A stretch of 64,000 nucleotides of DNA from Candidatus Gottesmanbacteria bacterium RIFCSPLOWO2_01_FULL_43_11b (GCA_001780985.1 MFJV01000001.1:428049-492048); one strand, 5' to 3'. Numbered from the stretch's first letter, positions 37,993 through 48,707 are shown. Notes: generated by a model from the sequence alone, not told the origin. Numbers and translations: made by a program.

Positions 37993-39224
37993 GACAATTT
38001 TTTTGAAAACAATTCTTTCCTCAAAACAAATCCGGACAAAAGTAAAACTAATCCTTCCGAAATTATGGTAATCCATGCTGCGGCCATGTAGCCATAGTTA
38101 GGAATAAACCACAGGTTAAGCGCAATATTGAGAAGCATAGAGAATCCGTAGATAGCAACAAGCACTCCTTGTTTTCTCTGGGCGATCAATGCCCACATTG
38201 CTCCTGATGAAAGGAAAAAGAAAGGAAAACCCAGAATCAAAACGCGAAGAGCGGCAACACTCCCCGCAAAATCAGATCGTATGAGGGCGAGAAGAGGAGC
38301 AGCAAACCAAAAAACAAGGACGCTTGCAAGCGATGCTAAAAAAAGTACACTGCCTGTTTTTCTCAAAAAATTTATAAACGCGGGCGTTCCCACTTTTTGC
38401 ACAAGCAATGGGTACGTAGCGTTCATAAAAAATGTTGGCGCGACCAACACTGTTTCAAAAATTTTGTACGCCAATCCATAGATGCCAACTTCACTCGTTG
38501 GCCGGGTCAGAATGAGAATAAAATTATCTATCCGAAAGTAAATGAGGTTAAAAATAAGAGTCAAAGCCAACGGAATACTTTGAGACAAGAGTGTCAGCAT
38601 TTCTTTTGCGTTAAGGAATATAACGAAGGTTCCTTTTAATTTTTTTGCTGCGACGATAGCAGATATACCCGTAATAATCGTTCCGATAAGGAGAGCACTA
38701 ACAATCCCGGTTATGCCGACCGTATAACTTGTCTGTCGAAGAGCAATAAGACTTAATAAAAGAAAAACCGTAGATCCGGCAATAAGTGCGACAGTTGAAA
38801 GATCATAGCGTAACTTTTGTTGGAAGAACGCATTGGCTGATGTCAGAAGTCCCTGAAAAATAATTGCCGGAAGAAATATAACAATGCCGAAGCGTACAAA
38901 CTGTGTGTAGCCAGACATTGTTCCCTGTGGGAGAAAATTAAGAAGCGCGAGTGCAAAAAAGGTAATGAGTAGACTCAAAAAAAGTCGTAAAAATACGAGC
39001 GATTCCCACGGATATTTCTTTTGAAGAAAAACTGCATTCAGGCCAAAATCAGAAAGTAAGTAAAACGGCGCAATGTACGTTAGAATTTTTGTAAATTCAC
39101 CATATGCTGCTACGCCATACAACCGTGCAACAAAGATGTTTACCAGAAATATACTTCCCGTTGTTGCAATTTTTCCTACGATTTGGCTTCCCGTATTCCA
39201 CACGATGACACTACGCGTCGACAT
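37989..39224 (-). CDS. Wzx-type polysaccharide flippase
   Basis: About 12 TM, SDFGL, RID..IL, VGIY..AY, LN..FIP.YG..AAA. Confidence 0.88.
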   Translation of the reverse strand: MSTRSVIVWNTGSQIVGKIATTGSIFLVNIFVARLYGVAAYGEFTKILTYIAPFYLLSDFGLNAVFLQKKYPWESLVFLRLFLSLLITFFALALLNFLPQGTMSGYTQFVRFGIVIFLPAIIFQGLLTSANAFFQQKLRYDLSTVALIAGSTVFLLLSLIALRQTSYTVGITGIVSALLIGTIITGISAIVAAKKLKGTFVIFLNAKEMLTLLSQSIPLALTLIFNLIYFRIDNFILILTRPTSEVGIYGLAYKIFETVLVAPTFFMNATYPLLVQKVGTPAFINFLRKTGSVLFLASLASVLVFWFAAPLLALIRSDFAGSVAALRVLILGFPFFFLSSGAMWALIAQRKQGVLVAIYGFSMLLNIALNLWFIPNYGYMAAAWITIISEGLVLLLSGFVLRKELFSKKLS

Positions 39225-39229
39225 GGGAA

Positions 39230-40354
39230 TTATTGTAGCACAAGGAGAATCGTTAAAAGGAGTTGCCCTTGCTCAAGTGTAATAGGGTAGTGGTCAACGA
39301 AACCCAATAACAAAATCATGAATAATGAGATACGGATAATGAATGAGTTTTTCTTTTTAACAAAAGAATAGATTATCCAAATAAATAAACTCAAACCAAT
39401 AATACCTGTCTCGGTAAGAATAAGGAGGTAAATATTGTGCACGGGTTGGAGAAAATAAACCTCGCGGGATACTAAAAATTTCGGCAGTTCCACTAAAAAA
39501 TTTCCGAGTCCTACACCAAAAATTGGTGACGTTTTCCACATGGAGATTGCACTTGTATTGAGTTGTTGCCGAATTACGACCGATTCTTCATGCACATTAA
39601 ACTTAAAAGACAGAAAAAAAATAAAGATGAGTATGGGAAATAAAAACTTTCGTTTCATTATGCCAAAACCGACGAATGCGGCTATCCATGCACTCCGACT
39701 AAACGATAAAAAAAGGGCTGCTATACCGAGAATTAACGTTATATTTTTAAATGTTGAAGATCGAAGTTTGAAAAAAATGAAAAGGAGAGATGCTGCCAAA
39801 AATCCTCCCAGAACATTCGGATGGGGGAATGTAGCATAAGGTCGAAGAAATTCCCGTCCCCAACTAAATCTTGCAATTCCGGGTGTATCGGCGGCAAACG
39901 TTCGTTCACCCAAAATCCACAGTCCAATGGAGTGCTGAAAAATAAATTGAAAAATTGCAATTGTCGAACTATACAAAACACCGATCGAAAGAGGGTAGAT
40001 AATCGATGGCAACTTTGGTTTTGTTTTTATGACGTACCATCCCAAGCCAACAAATTCCAAAACCTTAATCCATTTGTAAATCGCAACCGGCTTACTTTGT
40101 GCAAAATAAATATTTACGATACTAAACAAAATGAAAACAATAAAAATTTTATTGATTTTCATTTTTTTTTGTTTTGTCTCAATAAACCAAAAGAATAAAA
40201 CAAGAAAAACCAAAATATCTGTCAAAAAAATAGTAGGGGAGAGGTAATCAACTCTTCTTCCTAAAACTATCGACCATTCAGGCCAAAAGTGGAAGCCGAG
40301 CTGTGTGGGCAGAAGTGTTAAAACTAAGAAGAATAACTTTTGATGAAACGCCAT
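39230..40354 (-). CDS. O-antigen ligase family protein
   Basis: RPYATFPHPN, SFSRSAW, FGVGLGNF, HNIYL. Confidence 0.88.
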   Translation of the reverse strand: MAFHQKLFFLVLTLLPTQLGFHFWPEWSIVLGRRVDYLSPTIFLTDILVFLVLFFWFIETKQKKMKINKIFIVFILFSIVNIYFAQSKPVAIYKWIKVLEFVGLGWYVIKTKPKLPSIIYPLSIGVLYSSTIAIFQFIFQHSIGLWILGERTFAADTPGIARFSWGREFLRPYATFPHPNVLGGFLAASLLFIFFKLRSSTFKNITLILGIAALFLSFSRSAWIAAFVGFGIMKRKFLFPILIFIFFLSFKFNVHEESVVIRQQLNTSAISMWKTSPIFGVGLGNFLVELPKFLVSREVYFLQPVHNIYLLILTETGIIGLSLFIWIIYSFVKKKNSFIIRISLFMILLLGFVDHYPITLEQGQLLLTILLVLQ

Positions 40355-40803
40355 TACTTTGGTTTTACCACAAGTACGCGACTGTCGCCTTCACCGATAG
40401 ATTCTGTTGCAACACGATCGTCACCGGATAGCGTAAGATGGATAACCCGGCGCTCCGCTGCAGAGAGGCGAGTGAGCTCGACTGGTCGGCCGGAAGCAAG
40501 CGCTCGCTCCGCTGCCCGCTGGGCCATATACATCAAAGCTTCTTCTCGTTTTTCACGATAGTCACCAACGTTAACATAAACTTTCACCCACTCCTCAAGT
40601 TTTTTTGAAACCATAATGCTTAAGATTATTTGAAAGCTTTCGAGCGTTTTTCCGTGAAATCCAATGAGGAGTCCCGTTTCTTCCGTTTCGATATGTACGC
40701 GGTAAGCGCCAGTCTCGTCGATATCAACGCTTAGTGATCCAGAAATTTCCAGTTTCGAAAGCAATTCTTCTGTAATTTGTTTCACTTGATCAGTTTTTTC
40801 CAT
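40354..40803 (-). CDS. jag: Jag/KhpB (KH + R3H) protein, short form
   Basis: LIGFHGKTL, ERRVIH; downstream of yidC. Confidence 0.9.
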   Translation of the reverse strand: MEKTDQVKQITEELLSKLEISGSLSVDIDETGAYRVHIETEETGLLIGFHGKTLESFQIILSIMVSKKLEEWVKVYVNVGDYREKREEALMYMAQRAAERALASGRPVELTRLSAAERRVIHLTLSGDDRVATESIGEGDSRVLVVKPK

Positions 40804-40804
40804 A

Positions 40805-41620
40805 TTATTTCTCTCTATTTATTGAGAGTTGCTGTAGCATTCCCATGATACCAAAGATATTCCAGTAGAGAGCCAACCCTAATGGAAATTGATACGCAAA
40901 AAATCCAAACATAATAGGTGTCATAATCGCCATCTGTTTTTGCATCTCCGCTGCTGTATCCGTCTTTTTTTCTTCTTTGTTGTTTGTTGTGAGCCTGCCT
41001 GCCGGCGAGGCAGGTTGTTTGTTGTGAGTTGGCGAAGTCGGCATCATGAGCTTGGTCTGATACCACTGCAAAAGCCCGGTGAGAAGAGGGATAGAAAGCA
41101 GCCACCAACCATGCGTGGTCCATTGGCTGGGGCGGATACCTAAATTGATTCCGAAAAATGTGAGGTCGAGGGTTTGAAGTTTGAGAACCGGGTGGTAAAC
41201 GATTGTATTGATATCAGCAAGAAGTTTTTGGAGATCTCCGTTTTGGAGTACCTGGTAAAAAACGTTATAGAGCGCAATGAGAAACGGAAATTGAACAAGG
41301 AGCGGAAGGCACCCCGCCGCAGGATTGACGCCGTGTTGTTTGTAAAGCTCAAGTTGAGCTTTCTGAAGAGTTGTTTTGTCGTTTTTGTGTTTAACTGAAA
41401 GGGCGTCGAGGTGAGGTTTGAGGTTTTGCATTTTTTTGGCTGACCGAAGTTGGGCGCGCATGAGAGGGGAGAGAAGAAGACGAATGCTAATGGTCAATGC
41501 AATCACGGCAAAACCCAATGGCCCCGGCACGTGCAATGCTTCAAATGCCTTATAAAAGACAAGGAGAAGGTTAACAATCGGCCAGACAAGAAACTGGTTC
41601 CAAAATGTCGGATTCGTCAT
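40805..41620 (-). CDS. yidC: Membrane protein insertase YidC
   Basis: [16 protein letters not shown]. Confidence 0.95.
   Translation of the reverse strand: MTNPTFWNQFLVWPIVNLLLVFYKAFEALHVPGPLGFAVIALTISIRLLLSPLMRAQLRSAKKMQNLKPHLDALSVKHKNDKTTLQKAQLELYKQHGVNPAAGCLPLLVQFPFLIALYNVFYQVLQNGDLQKLLADINTIVYHPVLKLQTLDLTFFGINLGIRPSQWTTHGWWLLSIPLLTGLLQWYQTKLMMPTSPTHNKQPASPAGRLTTNNKEEKKTDTAAEMQKQMAIMTPIMFGFFAYQFPLGLALYWNIFGIMGMLQQLSINREK
40979..41028. repeat. Near-identical palindrome inside yidC flanked by 15-bp direct repeats
   Basis: GTTGTTTGTTGTGAG-CCTGCCTGCCGGCGAGGCAG-GTTGTTTGTTGTGAG. Confidence 0.85.
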
Positions 41621-41859
41621 AAATTTGGCACTGGGTCAAAACCGCCTTTACTTAAGGGGTGACAACGGAGAATTCGCCTCAACCCCAAAATTGATCCTCT
41701 GATTATACCATAGCGCTCAATCGCTTGGTACGAATATTCGCTGCACGTGGGCTTAAACCGACACGCACTATCAACAAGCCACAGTGTTTTGAGAATACCG
41801 GTGCTAGGTGTCAGATAACGCTGATAGAAGCGTATTGTTTTGAGAATAAAATTTTTCAT
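41617..41859 (-). CDS. yidD: Membrane protein insertion efficiency factor
   Basis: [24 protein letters not shown]. Confidence 0.95.
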   Translation of the reverse strand: MKNFILKTIRFYQRYLTPSTGILKTLWLVDSACRFKPTCSEYSYQAIERYGIIRGSILGLRRILRCHPLSKGGFDPVPNL

Positions 41860-42124
41860 CTTTTTTTCGAGCGACAATAATAATGTCTTTTCCCGATTGC
41901 AGTTGAGGCAATAAATTTCTTACCTTTTCGCGTAAGATTCTTTTTATTCTATTTCGCACTGTTGCACGTTTGTCGATTTTTGTTGAGACGATAAATCCAA
42001 AACGCGATACGTTCATATTATTTTCCAGAGTTATGATTTGCAACTCCTGTGTATGTAATCTTTTTCCTTTTTTAAACACTTCTTTGAACGCCTGAGTGGG
42101 TAAACGATGTGGTCGGGGGAGCAT
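41804..42124 (-). CDS. rnpA: Ribonuclease P protein component
   Basis: [18 protein letters not shown]. Confidence 0.93.
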   Translation of the reverse strand: MLPRPHRLPTQAFKEVFKKGKRLHTQELQIITLENNMNVSRFGFIVSTKIDKRATVRNRIKRILREKVRNLLPQLQSGKDIIIVARKKDEKFYSQNNTLLSALSDT

Positions 42125-42126
42125 GA

Positions 42127-42264
42127 TTAAATCGCGAGTTTTCGGCGGCCAATAAACCGTCTATTTTTCAAAACTTTTCGTCCATCATGAGATTTCATTC
42201 GCCTGCGGAAACCGTGTGTCCGTATTCGCTTTTTCTTTTTAGGTTGATATGTTCGCTTTGGCAT
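42127..42264 (-). CDS. rpmH: 50S ribosomal protein bL34
   Basis: MPKRTYQP...HGFRRRM. Confidence 0.96.
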   Translation of the reverse strand: MPKRTYQPKKKKRIRTHGFRRRMKSHDGRKVLKNRRFIGRRKLAI

Positions 42265-42295
42265 ATGGGTAAGTATATCATATAATACCGACCGT

Positions 42296-43090
42296 ATGGA
42301 CAAAACAACGAGAGTTGCCATTGAAGCAGCAACCCAAGCGGGGAAACTTCTTCGTCGATTAGTTAAACAATCTCATCAAGAAAAAACTAAAGGACACGCG
42401 CATGATATCGTAACCGAAGCTGACATAGCCTCAAACAACCTCATTGCTCATATCATTCACCGTTCGTTTCCGAATCACACGATTTTATCTGAAGAGTCAA
42501 GTCCTACAATTGATCCCAAAAAACATGGACATCTCTGGATTGTTGACCCAATCGACGGCACGATTTCATTCGCTGCTGGTCTACCGTTTTACACAGTGTC
42601 GATCGCGTACGCTCACGACGGAGAAGTCGTCTCAAGCGCTTTATTTATGGCAGATACGAACGAAGTGCTGTGGGCCCAGAAGGGGGAGGGTGCATACGCT
42701 AATAAAAAACCGATTCACGTCAAAGACCTTCCGTGGGAAAAGTCTGTCGTCGGATTTGACCAAAGCATACGGAAGCGAAAAATTGCCATGGAGAAGCTTG
42801 CTCCGCCGCTCTCCCTCGAGGTTCGGTTTCTCCACATGAGCGCCGGTCAAGCATATATGACCGGCCAGGTGGCGAAGGGAAATTTCCAGGGAATGCTCTC
42901 TGTCTTTCCGTCCGTCTGGGACTTTGCTGCGGGAGTTCACCTTGTTCGTGAAGCCGGAGGGGTGGTCACAGACTTCCTGGGCCGCGACTATCCGCTGTTT
43001 ACCGAAGCCGGCCACATTGCCTGCACCCCCAGCGTCCTCCCGCACATCCTCAAACACACGAAAAAAGTAGCGAGATATTTCTTACATTAA
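42296..43090 (+). CDS. Inositol monophosphatase family protein
   Basis: [25 protein letters not shown]. Confidence 0.92.
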   Translation: MDKTTRVAIEAATQAGKLLRRLVKQSHQEKTKGHAHDIVTEADIASNNLIAHIIHRSFPNHTILSEESSPTIDPKKHGHLWIVDPIDGTISFAAGLPFYTVSIAYAHDGEVVSSALFMADTNEVLWAQKGEGAYANKKPIHVKDLPWEKSVVGFDQSIRKRKIAMEKLAPPLSLEVRFLHMSAGQAYMTGQVAKGNFQGMLSVFPSVWDFAAGVHLVREAGGVVTDFLGRDYPLFTEAGHIACTPSVLPHILKHTKKVARYFLH

Positions 43091-43774
43091 AAACTCCAGA
43101 ACTTTTTTATCCTCCAGAGATGAAACTATCAGATTTGGTGTGACGTCTTTAGGGACTTCGCTGTTTTGCCCTCCGGTTAAAATGAGGATGCTTTTGAGGC
43201 CGTTTTCCTTGGCGCTGCGCACATCGTGGACCGTATCGCCGATGATAACGATGTTATCGGGCAAAAATGCTGTACCAAAATGGCGTTTCGCTTTCTCAAA
43301 TACATAACTGGCTAACTCCACTCGATCGTTTGCTTCCCCTCCAAAAAGACCGAAAGAAAAATAATTTCTGATTCCTACATTATCAAGCTTCCACCATGCT
43401 CCTTCTTCAACATTTCCCGTAATAACGCCAAGATTAACACCCCGCTCGTAAAGGTTTTGGAGAAGTTCTTTTGCGCCCGGCGCAGTCGTATACGTAGGTT
43501 TGTGAAACTTGAAATACTCTAAAACTATCTCTCCGAATTTTGGAAATTTTTTCTCATATTCGTCTCTACTGACTCCTTTAGTCTTGACCATCTCCCACAC
43601 CTGGGCTTTATCTATCCAACCGTTGAAACTCATATAATCGTCAACCGTAAGGTTGAGGTCAACGTTGAAAAGCTTTTTTACTGCATACGGAAAACGCCAG
43701 AGAGACTCTTTGAGATTCCCAACTCTGTTTGTAAGCGTACCGTCAATATCGAAAAGAACGAGTAACTTTTTCAT
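43082..43774 (-). CDS. HAD family hydrolase
   Basis: FDIDGTL, ITGN, IGDTVHD. Confidence 0.92.
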   Translation of the reverse strand: MKKLLVLFDIDGTLTNRVGNLKESLWRFPYAVKKLFNVDLNLTVDDYMSFNGWIDKAQVWEMVKTKGVSRDEYEKKFPKFGEIVLEYFKFHKPTYTTAPGAKELLQNLYERGVNLGVITGNVEEGAWWKLDNVGIRNYFSFGLFGGEANDRVELASYVFEKAKRHFGTAFLPDNIVIIGDTVHDVRSAKENGLKSILILTGGQNSEVPKDVTPNLIVSSLEDKKVLEFLM

Positions 43775-44976
43775 CTTGCCAGTTTCCTCACCCAGTCTTT
43801 AAACTGATTCCCTCTATCTTCGTAGTCTTTAAAAAGATTGAAACTTGCTGAAGCAGGGGAGAGGAGACAAATTTTATTCTTCGGCGTATGCTTGTATGCT
43901 AATTTCACTGCTTCTTCCATACTCCGAACGAAAAATTTTTGTATAGACACATCTCTGCCAATTTTTTCACCGGTATCCGGAAATAAAATAAGTGTTTTGA
44001 CTGGATGTTTATTGAGATAATCTCTTAGTATTGTGTAATCCAATCCCCGGTCAAAACCACCGGCAATCAATGTCTCGACATCGCTTCCTAATGCACGAAG
44101 TGCATGAATTGTTGCTTCTGGAATAGTTGCCAAAGAATCATTAAAAAAACGAATTTTTTTATATTCGCCCACAAATTCTAATCGGTGAGGAAGTGGATGA
44201 AATGTACCAAGAGATTTTTTGATGGTATCACCAGAAATATCAAAATATTTCGCAACCGTAACTGCCGCCTGAATATTTGTGGTGTTTCCACGAAGCGTTG
44301 GCGCGGAAAATTTTGAATCAACAATAGGAATTTCTTTACCAAGGCTGGTTTCTGCGATTTTTTTAACAGTGGAGTGAAAAATAACAACATCTTTTTTTGT
44401 CTGAAAACGAATGATGTTGGTTTTAGCCCGTACGTATGCGTCGTAACTTGCGTAATAATCGAGGTGTTCGGGAACAATCGGGAGAAGAATGGCGATGTGC
44501 GGGCTATAGCGAATGTCTTCAAGTTGATGACTAGAAAGTTCAATAACAAATATTGTTTTGTTTGTTACTCCATCAAGGTGATCCAACATTGGGCTGCCAA
44601 TATTACCTACAAGCCGAACATCAGAAAATTTTTGTTTCAGTATGTGAGCAGTCAGGCTTGCAGTCGTGCTTTTACCTTTTGTTCCTGTAACTCCCATCGT
44701 TATTCCTTTACGCTGTGAGAAAAATATATTCGTCGCTGTGGTTATCCACCCACTGTTTTTTTTATAGTCTACAAGCTCCTGTAGTCTACTAGGAATCCCC
44801 GGAGAGCGGATAACGGTGTCATACTCATTGAGATGTTTAAGGTAATCTTTTCCGTCTTTTTGATCAGCGGTGTTGATTATAATATTTGGATAGTGCGCAG
44901 CGAGAAATCTCTTCACGCTCTGGCCTTCGCGTCCAAATCCAAGAATAAGAATCTTTTTGCCTCGAATTTCGTTCAT
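43771..44976 (-). CDS. murD: UDP-MurNAc-L-Ala:glutamate ligase (MurD2-like by context)
   Basis: GFGREG, SPGI, TGTKGKSTT, ELSSHQL, HRLE, NDS, LSPASAS; downstream of murL. Confidence 0.9.
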   Translation of the reverse strand: MNEIRGKKILILGFGREGQSVKRFLAAHYPNIIINTADQKDGKDYLKHLNEYDTVIRSPGIPSRLQELVDYKKNSGWITTATNIFFSQRKGITMGVTGTKGKSTTASLTAHILKQKFSDVRLVGNIGSPMLDHLDGVTNKTIFVIELSSHQLEDIRYSPHIAILLPIVPEHLDYYASYDAYVRAKTNIIRFQTKKDVVIFHSTVKKIAETSLGKEIPIVDSKFSAPTLRGNTTNIQAAVTVAKYFDISGDTIKKSLGTFHPLPHRLEFVGEYKKIRFFNDSLATIPEATIHALRALGSDVETLIAGGFDRGLDYTILRDYLNKHPVKTLILFPDTGEKIGRDVSIQKFFVRSMEEAVKLAYKHTPKNKICLLSPASASFNLFKDYEDRGNQFKDWVRKLAR

Positions 44977-46289
44977 AAAATTTTTAGATATGCTTCCGGG
45001 ACGAAATGGTTGTTGTTTCGGGCAGAAAGAACCCTCTCATCAACCACCCCTATTTCTTTTTCGATATTAAGGAGATCTCTCGGCGGTTCTTTCCCCAAAC
45101 TTTGGTAACGCTTGATACTAAGCGTAACAGCAAGCTTTGCTTCATCAGTCGTCACGACACATTCAAATGGCTTATGTGAACCTAATCCGACAAGTTCTCT
45201 CACGAACCCAATAATTTCCGGCTTTGTGAAAAGGTCTCCACCAAAAATTGAAATCACCTGCTCATACGCAACAAAAGGAAAGAGCATGAGAAAGGTAGAA
45301 GCACACTTTGCGCACTTACCGCACCAGCTGTCGGTTTTTGATCCTACGTTACAACTTCGAAAAGAAGAAAAATACTGTGGAAACTCAGAAAACATTTTAC
45401 TAATCTGCAATTCGTTGAGTGGGCGAAGCAAGCTAAAATACTGGTATTTATCTGTTAAATATTTTTGCGCGTACTCGCGAAACATTTTTTCAAAGCGATA
45501 ACTTTTTGAATATTGGTGGTTAACTTCAACGCCATGAAACATCACGTTTCCCTCACTAGCGCTCGCTTCATTACTTACGATCACGTTTTCATATCCGTGA
45601 AGAACCGCGACGAACAATCCAAGAAAAGCTAAGTAAGCTGAGAATGGCGTGTGGCCGTTGAGGTACCCCATGTTATTAAGCTCCAAAAGTTTCGGGTCGA
45701 TGGTGCGCTTAACAATGATTGGATTGGTGAGACCCGCAATTTTTATAGCATCCAACGCCGCTCGTGTTGGATTGAGGACAAGTGGGCGGGTGGGGTGACC
45801 CGATTTTTTGAGGAGCTCCAGTGTAAGAGCCGAATCTTTTCCCCCGCCGACGAGGACGAGATCACGGGATAAAGGAGCTGGTATTACGTATTTCGTATTA
45901 GGGTTTAAAGACGAAGAAATACGAAGGAAATCTTTTTGCGTAAAATCAATGTTATTTTTGTAAAAAAATTCGCCTAGCCCGTTTAAAAATAAATCGTGCC
46001 AAAAGGTTATTTGTTCTTGATTCAGACTACCAGCCCTGACAACAAGCTCAACCGGGCACGCTGCTTTCCAGTAGCTAATGCATTCAACCATCCCCAGGTG
46101 GAACGCAAACAAATCAATAATTGACTTGTCTATTTTTGTTTCAATCGGAATTGTGAGTGTCGGGTGAAATATGATATCTGGTTCAAGCGTCAGCGAAAAC
46201 TGAATGCTCAGCTTACCACCCTCCTCTTTGACCTCAAACGATTCGTAGATAAAGCGGGGGTGCTTCCTTCGCAGCTCTGTGAAAGTCAT
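44973..46289 (-). CDS. murL: UDP-MurNAc-L-Ala-L-Glu epimerase MurL
   Basis: SYWKA, GGGKDS, LNGHTP, SNE.SA, VNHQYSKS, F.SCN, WCGKCAKC, KPFECV. Confidence 0.85.
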   Translation of the reverse strand: MTFTELRRKHPRFIYESFEVKEEGGKLSIQFSLTLEPDIIFHPTLTIPIETKIDKSIIDLFAFHLGMVECISYWKAACPVELVVRAGSLNQEQITFWHDLFLNGLGEFFYKNNIDFTQKDFLRISSSLNPNTKYVIPAPLSRDLVLVGGGKDSALTLELLKKSGHPTRPLVLNPTRAALDAIKIAGLTNPIIVKRTIDPKLLELNNMGYLNGHTPFSAYLAFLGLFVAVLHGYENVIVSNEASASEGNVMFHGVEVNHQYSKSYRFEKMFREYAQKYLTDKYQYFSLLRPLNELQISKMFSEFPQYFSSFRSCNVGSKTDSWCGKCAKCASTFLMLFPFVAYEQVISIFGGDLFTKPEIIGFVRELVGLGSHKPFECVVTTDEAKLAVTLSIKRYQSLGKEPPRDLLNIEKEIGVVDERVLSARNNNHFVPEAYLKIL

Positions 46290-46328
46290 AGGTCTATTGT
46301 AGCAGAAGAGCGTATCCTGAAGCTATAT

Positions 46329-46550
46329 TTATCGTTTTGATAAAAACGATTTTGGAGTTAAGGCTGACTGCTTGATGATTGAACGGAGCGTTCCTCGAGT
46401 TATTGTTTTCCCTGCGTGGTATGGTACGGTCACGTATCTGGTTCCTTTTCGTAACCGAATATGACTTCCTGAAGTACGAATTTTCTCAAATCCATGAGCA
46501 AAAAGAATGGTCAAAACCTCATGTGATCTAAGCGAAGGTAGCTTTGACAT
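46329..46550 (-). CDS. hicA: HicA family toxin
   Basis: GF...RTSGSH, VTVPYH, GTLRSIIKQ. Confidence 0.9.
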   Translation of the reverse strand: MSKLPSLRSHEVLTILFAHGFEKIRTSGSHIRLRKGTRYVTVPYHAGKTITRGTLRSIIKQSALTPKSFLSKR

Positions 46551-46836
46551 CTGGAGTAAGGGGAGAAGATTTTACTTCATGGGCGACGGTTATGAGAATT
46601 TCTTCAACAACAGCGCCCTTCGGCACTCGACGAGGTTTTTTATCCGAAGGAATAGATTCCCCTTCTTCCAATCGGGAAAGTACAACGAGCTCGAGAGCGT
46701 CCTGGGCCATAAATCGGGCTTCAGCAAGAGAATCGCCGCCAGTCGCCACCTCCGGAAGTGCCGGTACATCAACATAATAAGCATCCGGCTCATCACCTTC
46801 TGGAATAAACACTGTAGTAAACTTATAGAGTTTCAT
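46528..46836 (-). CDS. hicB: HicB family antitoxin
   Basis: YYVDVPALPEVATGGDSLAEA. Confidence 0.9.
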   Translation of the reverse strand: MKLYKFTTVFIPEGDEPDAYYVDVPALPEVATGGDSLAEARFMAQDALELVVLSRLEEGESIPSDKKPRRVPKGAVVEEILITVAHEVKSSPLTPDVKATFA

Positions 46837-46871
46837 GTGCTCATAGTATACCACAATGGGTCTACATGGGC

Positions 46872-46976
46872 TTATTCTATTTTCATACGATTTTTTACTT
46901 TGACAACGAGCTTGGGGTCGTCTGCGATGCGTTTTTTGAAATGATTCTTAAATATCGGATGACGGTCAATAATCAT
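46872..46976 (-). pseudogene. Truncated YafQ/RelE-like toxin (34 aa)
   Basis: MIIDRHPIFKNHFKKRI... then stop; ATGA-coupled to the antitoxin. Confidence 0.6.
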
Positions 46977-47257
46977 GAATGGAGATCTTTCATGAGCGCA
47001 TCGATCGAAGTAAAAGATTTTGTTTTAACACGTCCTGATTTTATGTCTTGAATCATCTTCTCATACCTACGCGCGGCGCGAGGGGAGAGTTGGGTGGGGG
47101 GTTCTTCAAATGTAATGTTAAGCTTGCTTGCGGCAAACTTATGAAGAAAAAGACGAATCGGTTCTTGAAGCGACGAAAAGCCAAGTTTTACCGCCATGGC
47201 AGCAGCTCGATTGCGGAGAGTTTTGTCAATAGGAACCTGGAGTATTGTCTTAGACAT
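46973..47257 (-). CDS. RelB/DinJ-like antitoxin
   Basis: RHH N-terminus (LQVPIDKTLR), C-terminal FTSIDALMKDL. Confidence 0.8.
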   Translation of the reverse strand: MSKTILQVPIDKTLRNRAAAMAVKLGFSSLQEPIRLFLHKFAASKLNITFEEPPTQLSPRAARRYEKMIQDIKSGRVKTKSFTSIDALMKDLHS

Positions 47258-47276
47258 ATTATGATAATAATGGTTT

Positions 47277-47411
47277 GATAATGGTTTGTCAAATAATCAC
47301 TTTGTTCGATGCGTGACGAAACTCGCGGGTGAACAAACGGAAAAGCAATGCGATTGCTTGGAAAAACAACTGGATATCACCGATAACTTTTTTTGTCTGC
47401 GCATACGTAAT
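47277..47411 (-). pseudogene. Relic C-terminus of a bacterial sugar transferase
   Basis: NYVCADKKVIGDIQLFFQAIALLFRLFTREF resembles the C-terminus of the 48348-48707 fragment. Confidence 0.4.
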
Positions 47412-47421
47412 TGAACACGCG

Positions 47422-48066
47422 TTAGATTGGGAGGACTGTTTTCAAATATGCGGTGACTTGTTTTTCCAAATATGATTTGATTTCTTCGGGGATATACGAC
47501 TCCTTCAAAAATACTGTCGGCACAATGGAAACATCGTCAAAATAAACCAATTGCCCCGTAAAAAGTCTGCTATTAAACTCGCTGCCGTATTTTTTTTCTG
47601 CGAGCGTTATGATCGCCCGCAAATCATAATAGCCCCATTTCATGAGAAAAAAGAGATCCACATAATCCCGCCATACGTTTCGCCGACCCAGAGTATGCGC
47701 CTTGTTTGCCGCAAGGTCATCAAGATGAAAAAGAGGAAGGCTACCGGTTGCAATTGGAGGGCGAAGCGGCACGTAGGGATAGGCGATGAACGTTATCTCC
47801 ACAGACTGGGGCGTGACGACGGTAAGCATGTCAGGTGTCTCCATCTTTTTTTGGGTATTCCGGCCGAATATACGGGCCGCAGTCCTGTAAAGCGACGCAG
47901 GAAGCTCCCTTTGGGTAAAGCAGTCGAAGTCGTAGGACTCACGATGGCCGATCTGAAGCATGATAGCGGTGCCACCCGCCAAGACAAACGGCGGGTGGAG
48001 AGCGGACAGTTTAGACCAAACTGTTTTGCGCGCGTTGTCGAATCGGTCCAAAAAAAGTTGTGACAT
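47422..48066 (-). CDS. AbiEii/AbiGii nucleotidyltransferase toxin (type IV TA)
   Basis: LAGGTA..LQIGHRESYDFD, K...R...RDYVDL. Confidence 0.9.
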   Translation of the reverse strand: MSQLFLDRFDNARKTVWSKLSALHPPFVLAGGTAIMLQIGHRESYDFDCFTQRELPASLYRTAARIFGRNTQKKMETPDMLTVVTPQSVEITFIAYPYVPLRPPIATGSLPLFHLDDLAANKAHTLGRRNVWRDYVDLFFLMKWGYYDLRAIITLAEKKYGSEFNSRLFTGQLVYFDDVSIVPTVFLKESYIPEEIKSYLEKQVTAYLKTVLPI

Positions 48067-48337
48067 ACGCTTCCTCATCGAGACTCCGGTCGTTAAGCGA
48101 CAGGAGCATGTTTTTGACAAAATAGTAGTCCCTTCTCGGATATTCTTTTGCCGGTTTGTGGATAAATGTATGGATAATGTCCTGTTTTCCGTAAGTGCGA
48201 AATAACCACCGAAGAGCAGAGAAGTCTCCTAAGCGCAATACTTGGTGGATGATATACTGTTTATCGCGGGCAAGATCTAATCGGTTGACATCAGTCGACC
48301 AGAGGATCGATTTGAGAAACTGGGGAACTGCCTGCAT
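48011..48337 (-). CDS. DUF6922-like partner of AbiEii
   Basis: LWS.D...LD...DKQYII.QVL.LG....RWL...YG. Confidence 0.75.
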   Translation of the reverse strand: MQAVPQFLKSILWSTDVNRLDLARDKQYIIHQVLRLGDFSALRWLFRTYGKQDIIHTFIHKPAKEYPRRDYYFVKNMLLSLNDRSLDEEAYVTTFFGPIRQRAQNSLV

Positions 48338-48347
48338 ACACATTCTA

Positions 48348-48707
48348 TTATACCATTACCCCGATCTCCCGCGCTAATAAGCGAAGCAGAAATAGTAGAG
48401 TCCTGCCAACTATGTACAAATCATACCCCACGCTTTTCTCTTTGAGGTAAGCCACGTCACTTTTCATCCACGCATCAAAATCACTGTGATAGCTTCCTGT
48501 AAGAATTGCGGGGGAGATAATGCCGGGGAGCACCGCGTGACGCTTTTGCATCCATGGTTTGAGTTTTTTTGCCTCTGCAACCGGGAGCGGTCGCGGACCA
48601 ATGAGTGCCATCTCGCCCCGGAGGACATTCCACAGCTGCGGAAGCTCATCTAAGCCAGTATGACTTAAGAATTCCCCAACCGGTGTAAACCGCGGATCAC
48701 GTTTTTA
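48348..48707 (-). pseudogene. 5'-truncated bacterial sugar transferase
   Basis: DPRFTPVGEFL...LDELPQLWNVLRGEMALIGPRP; in-frame stop just upstream, no start or TM segment. Confidence 0.8.
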
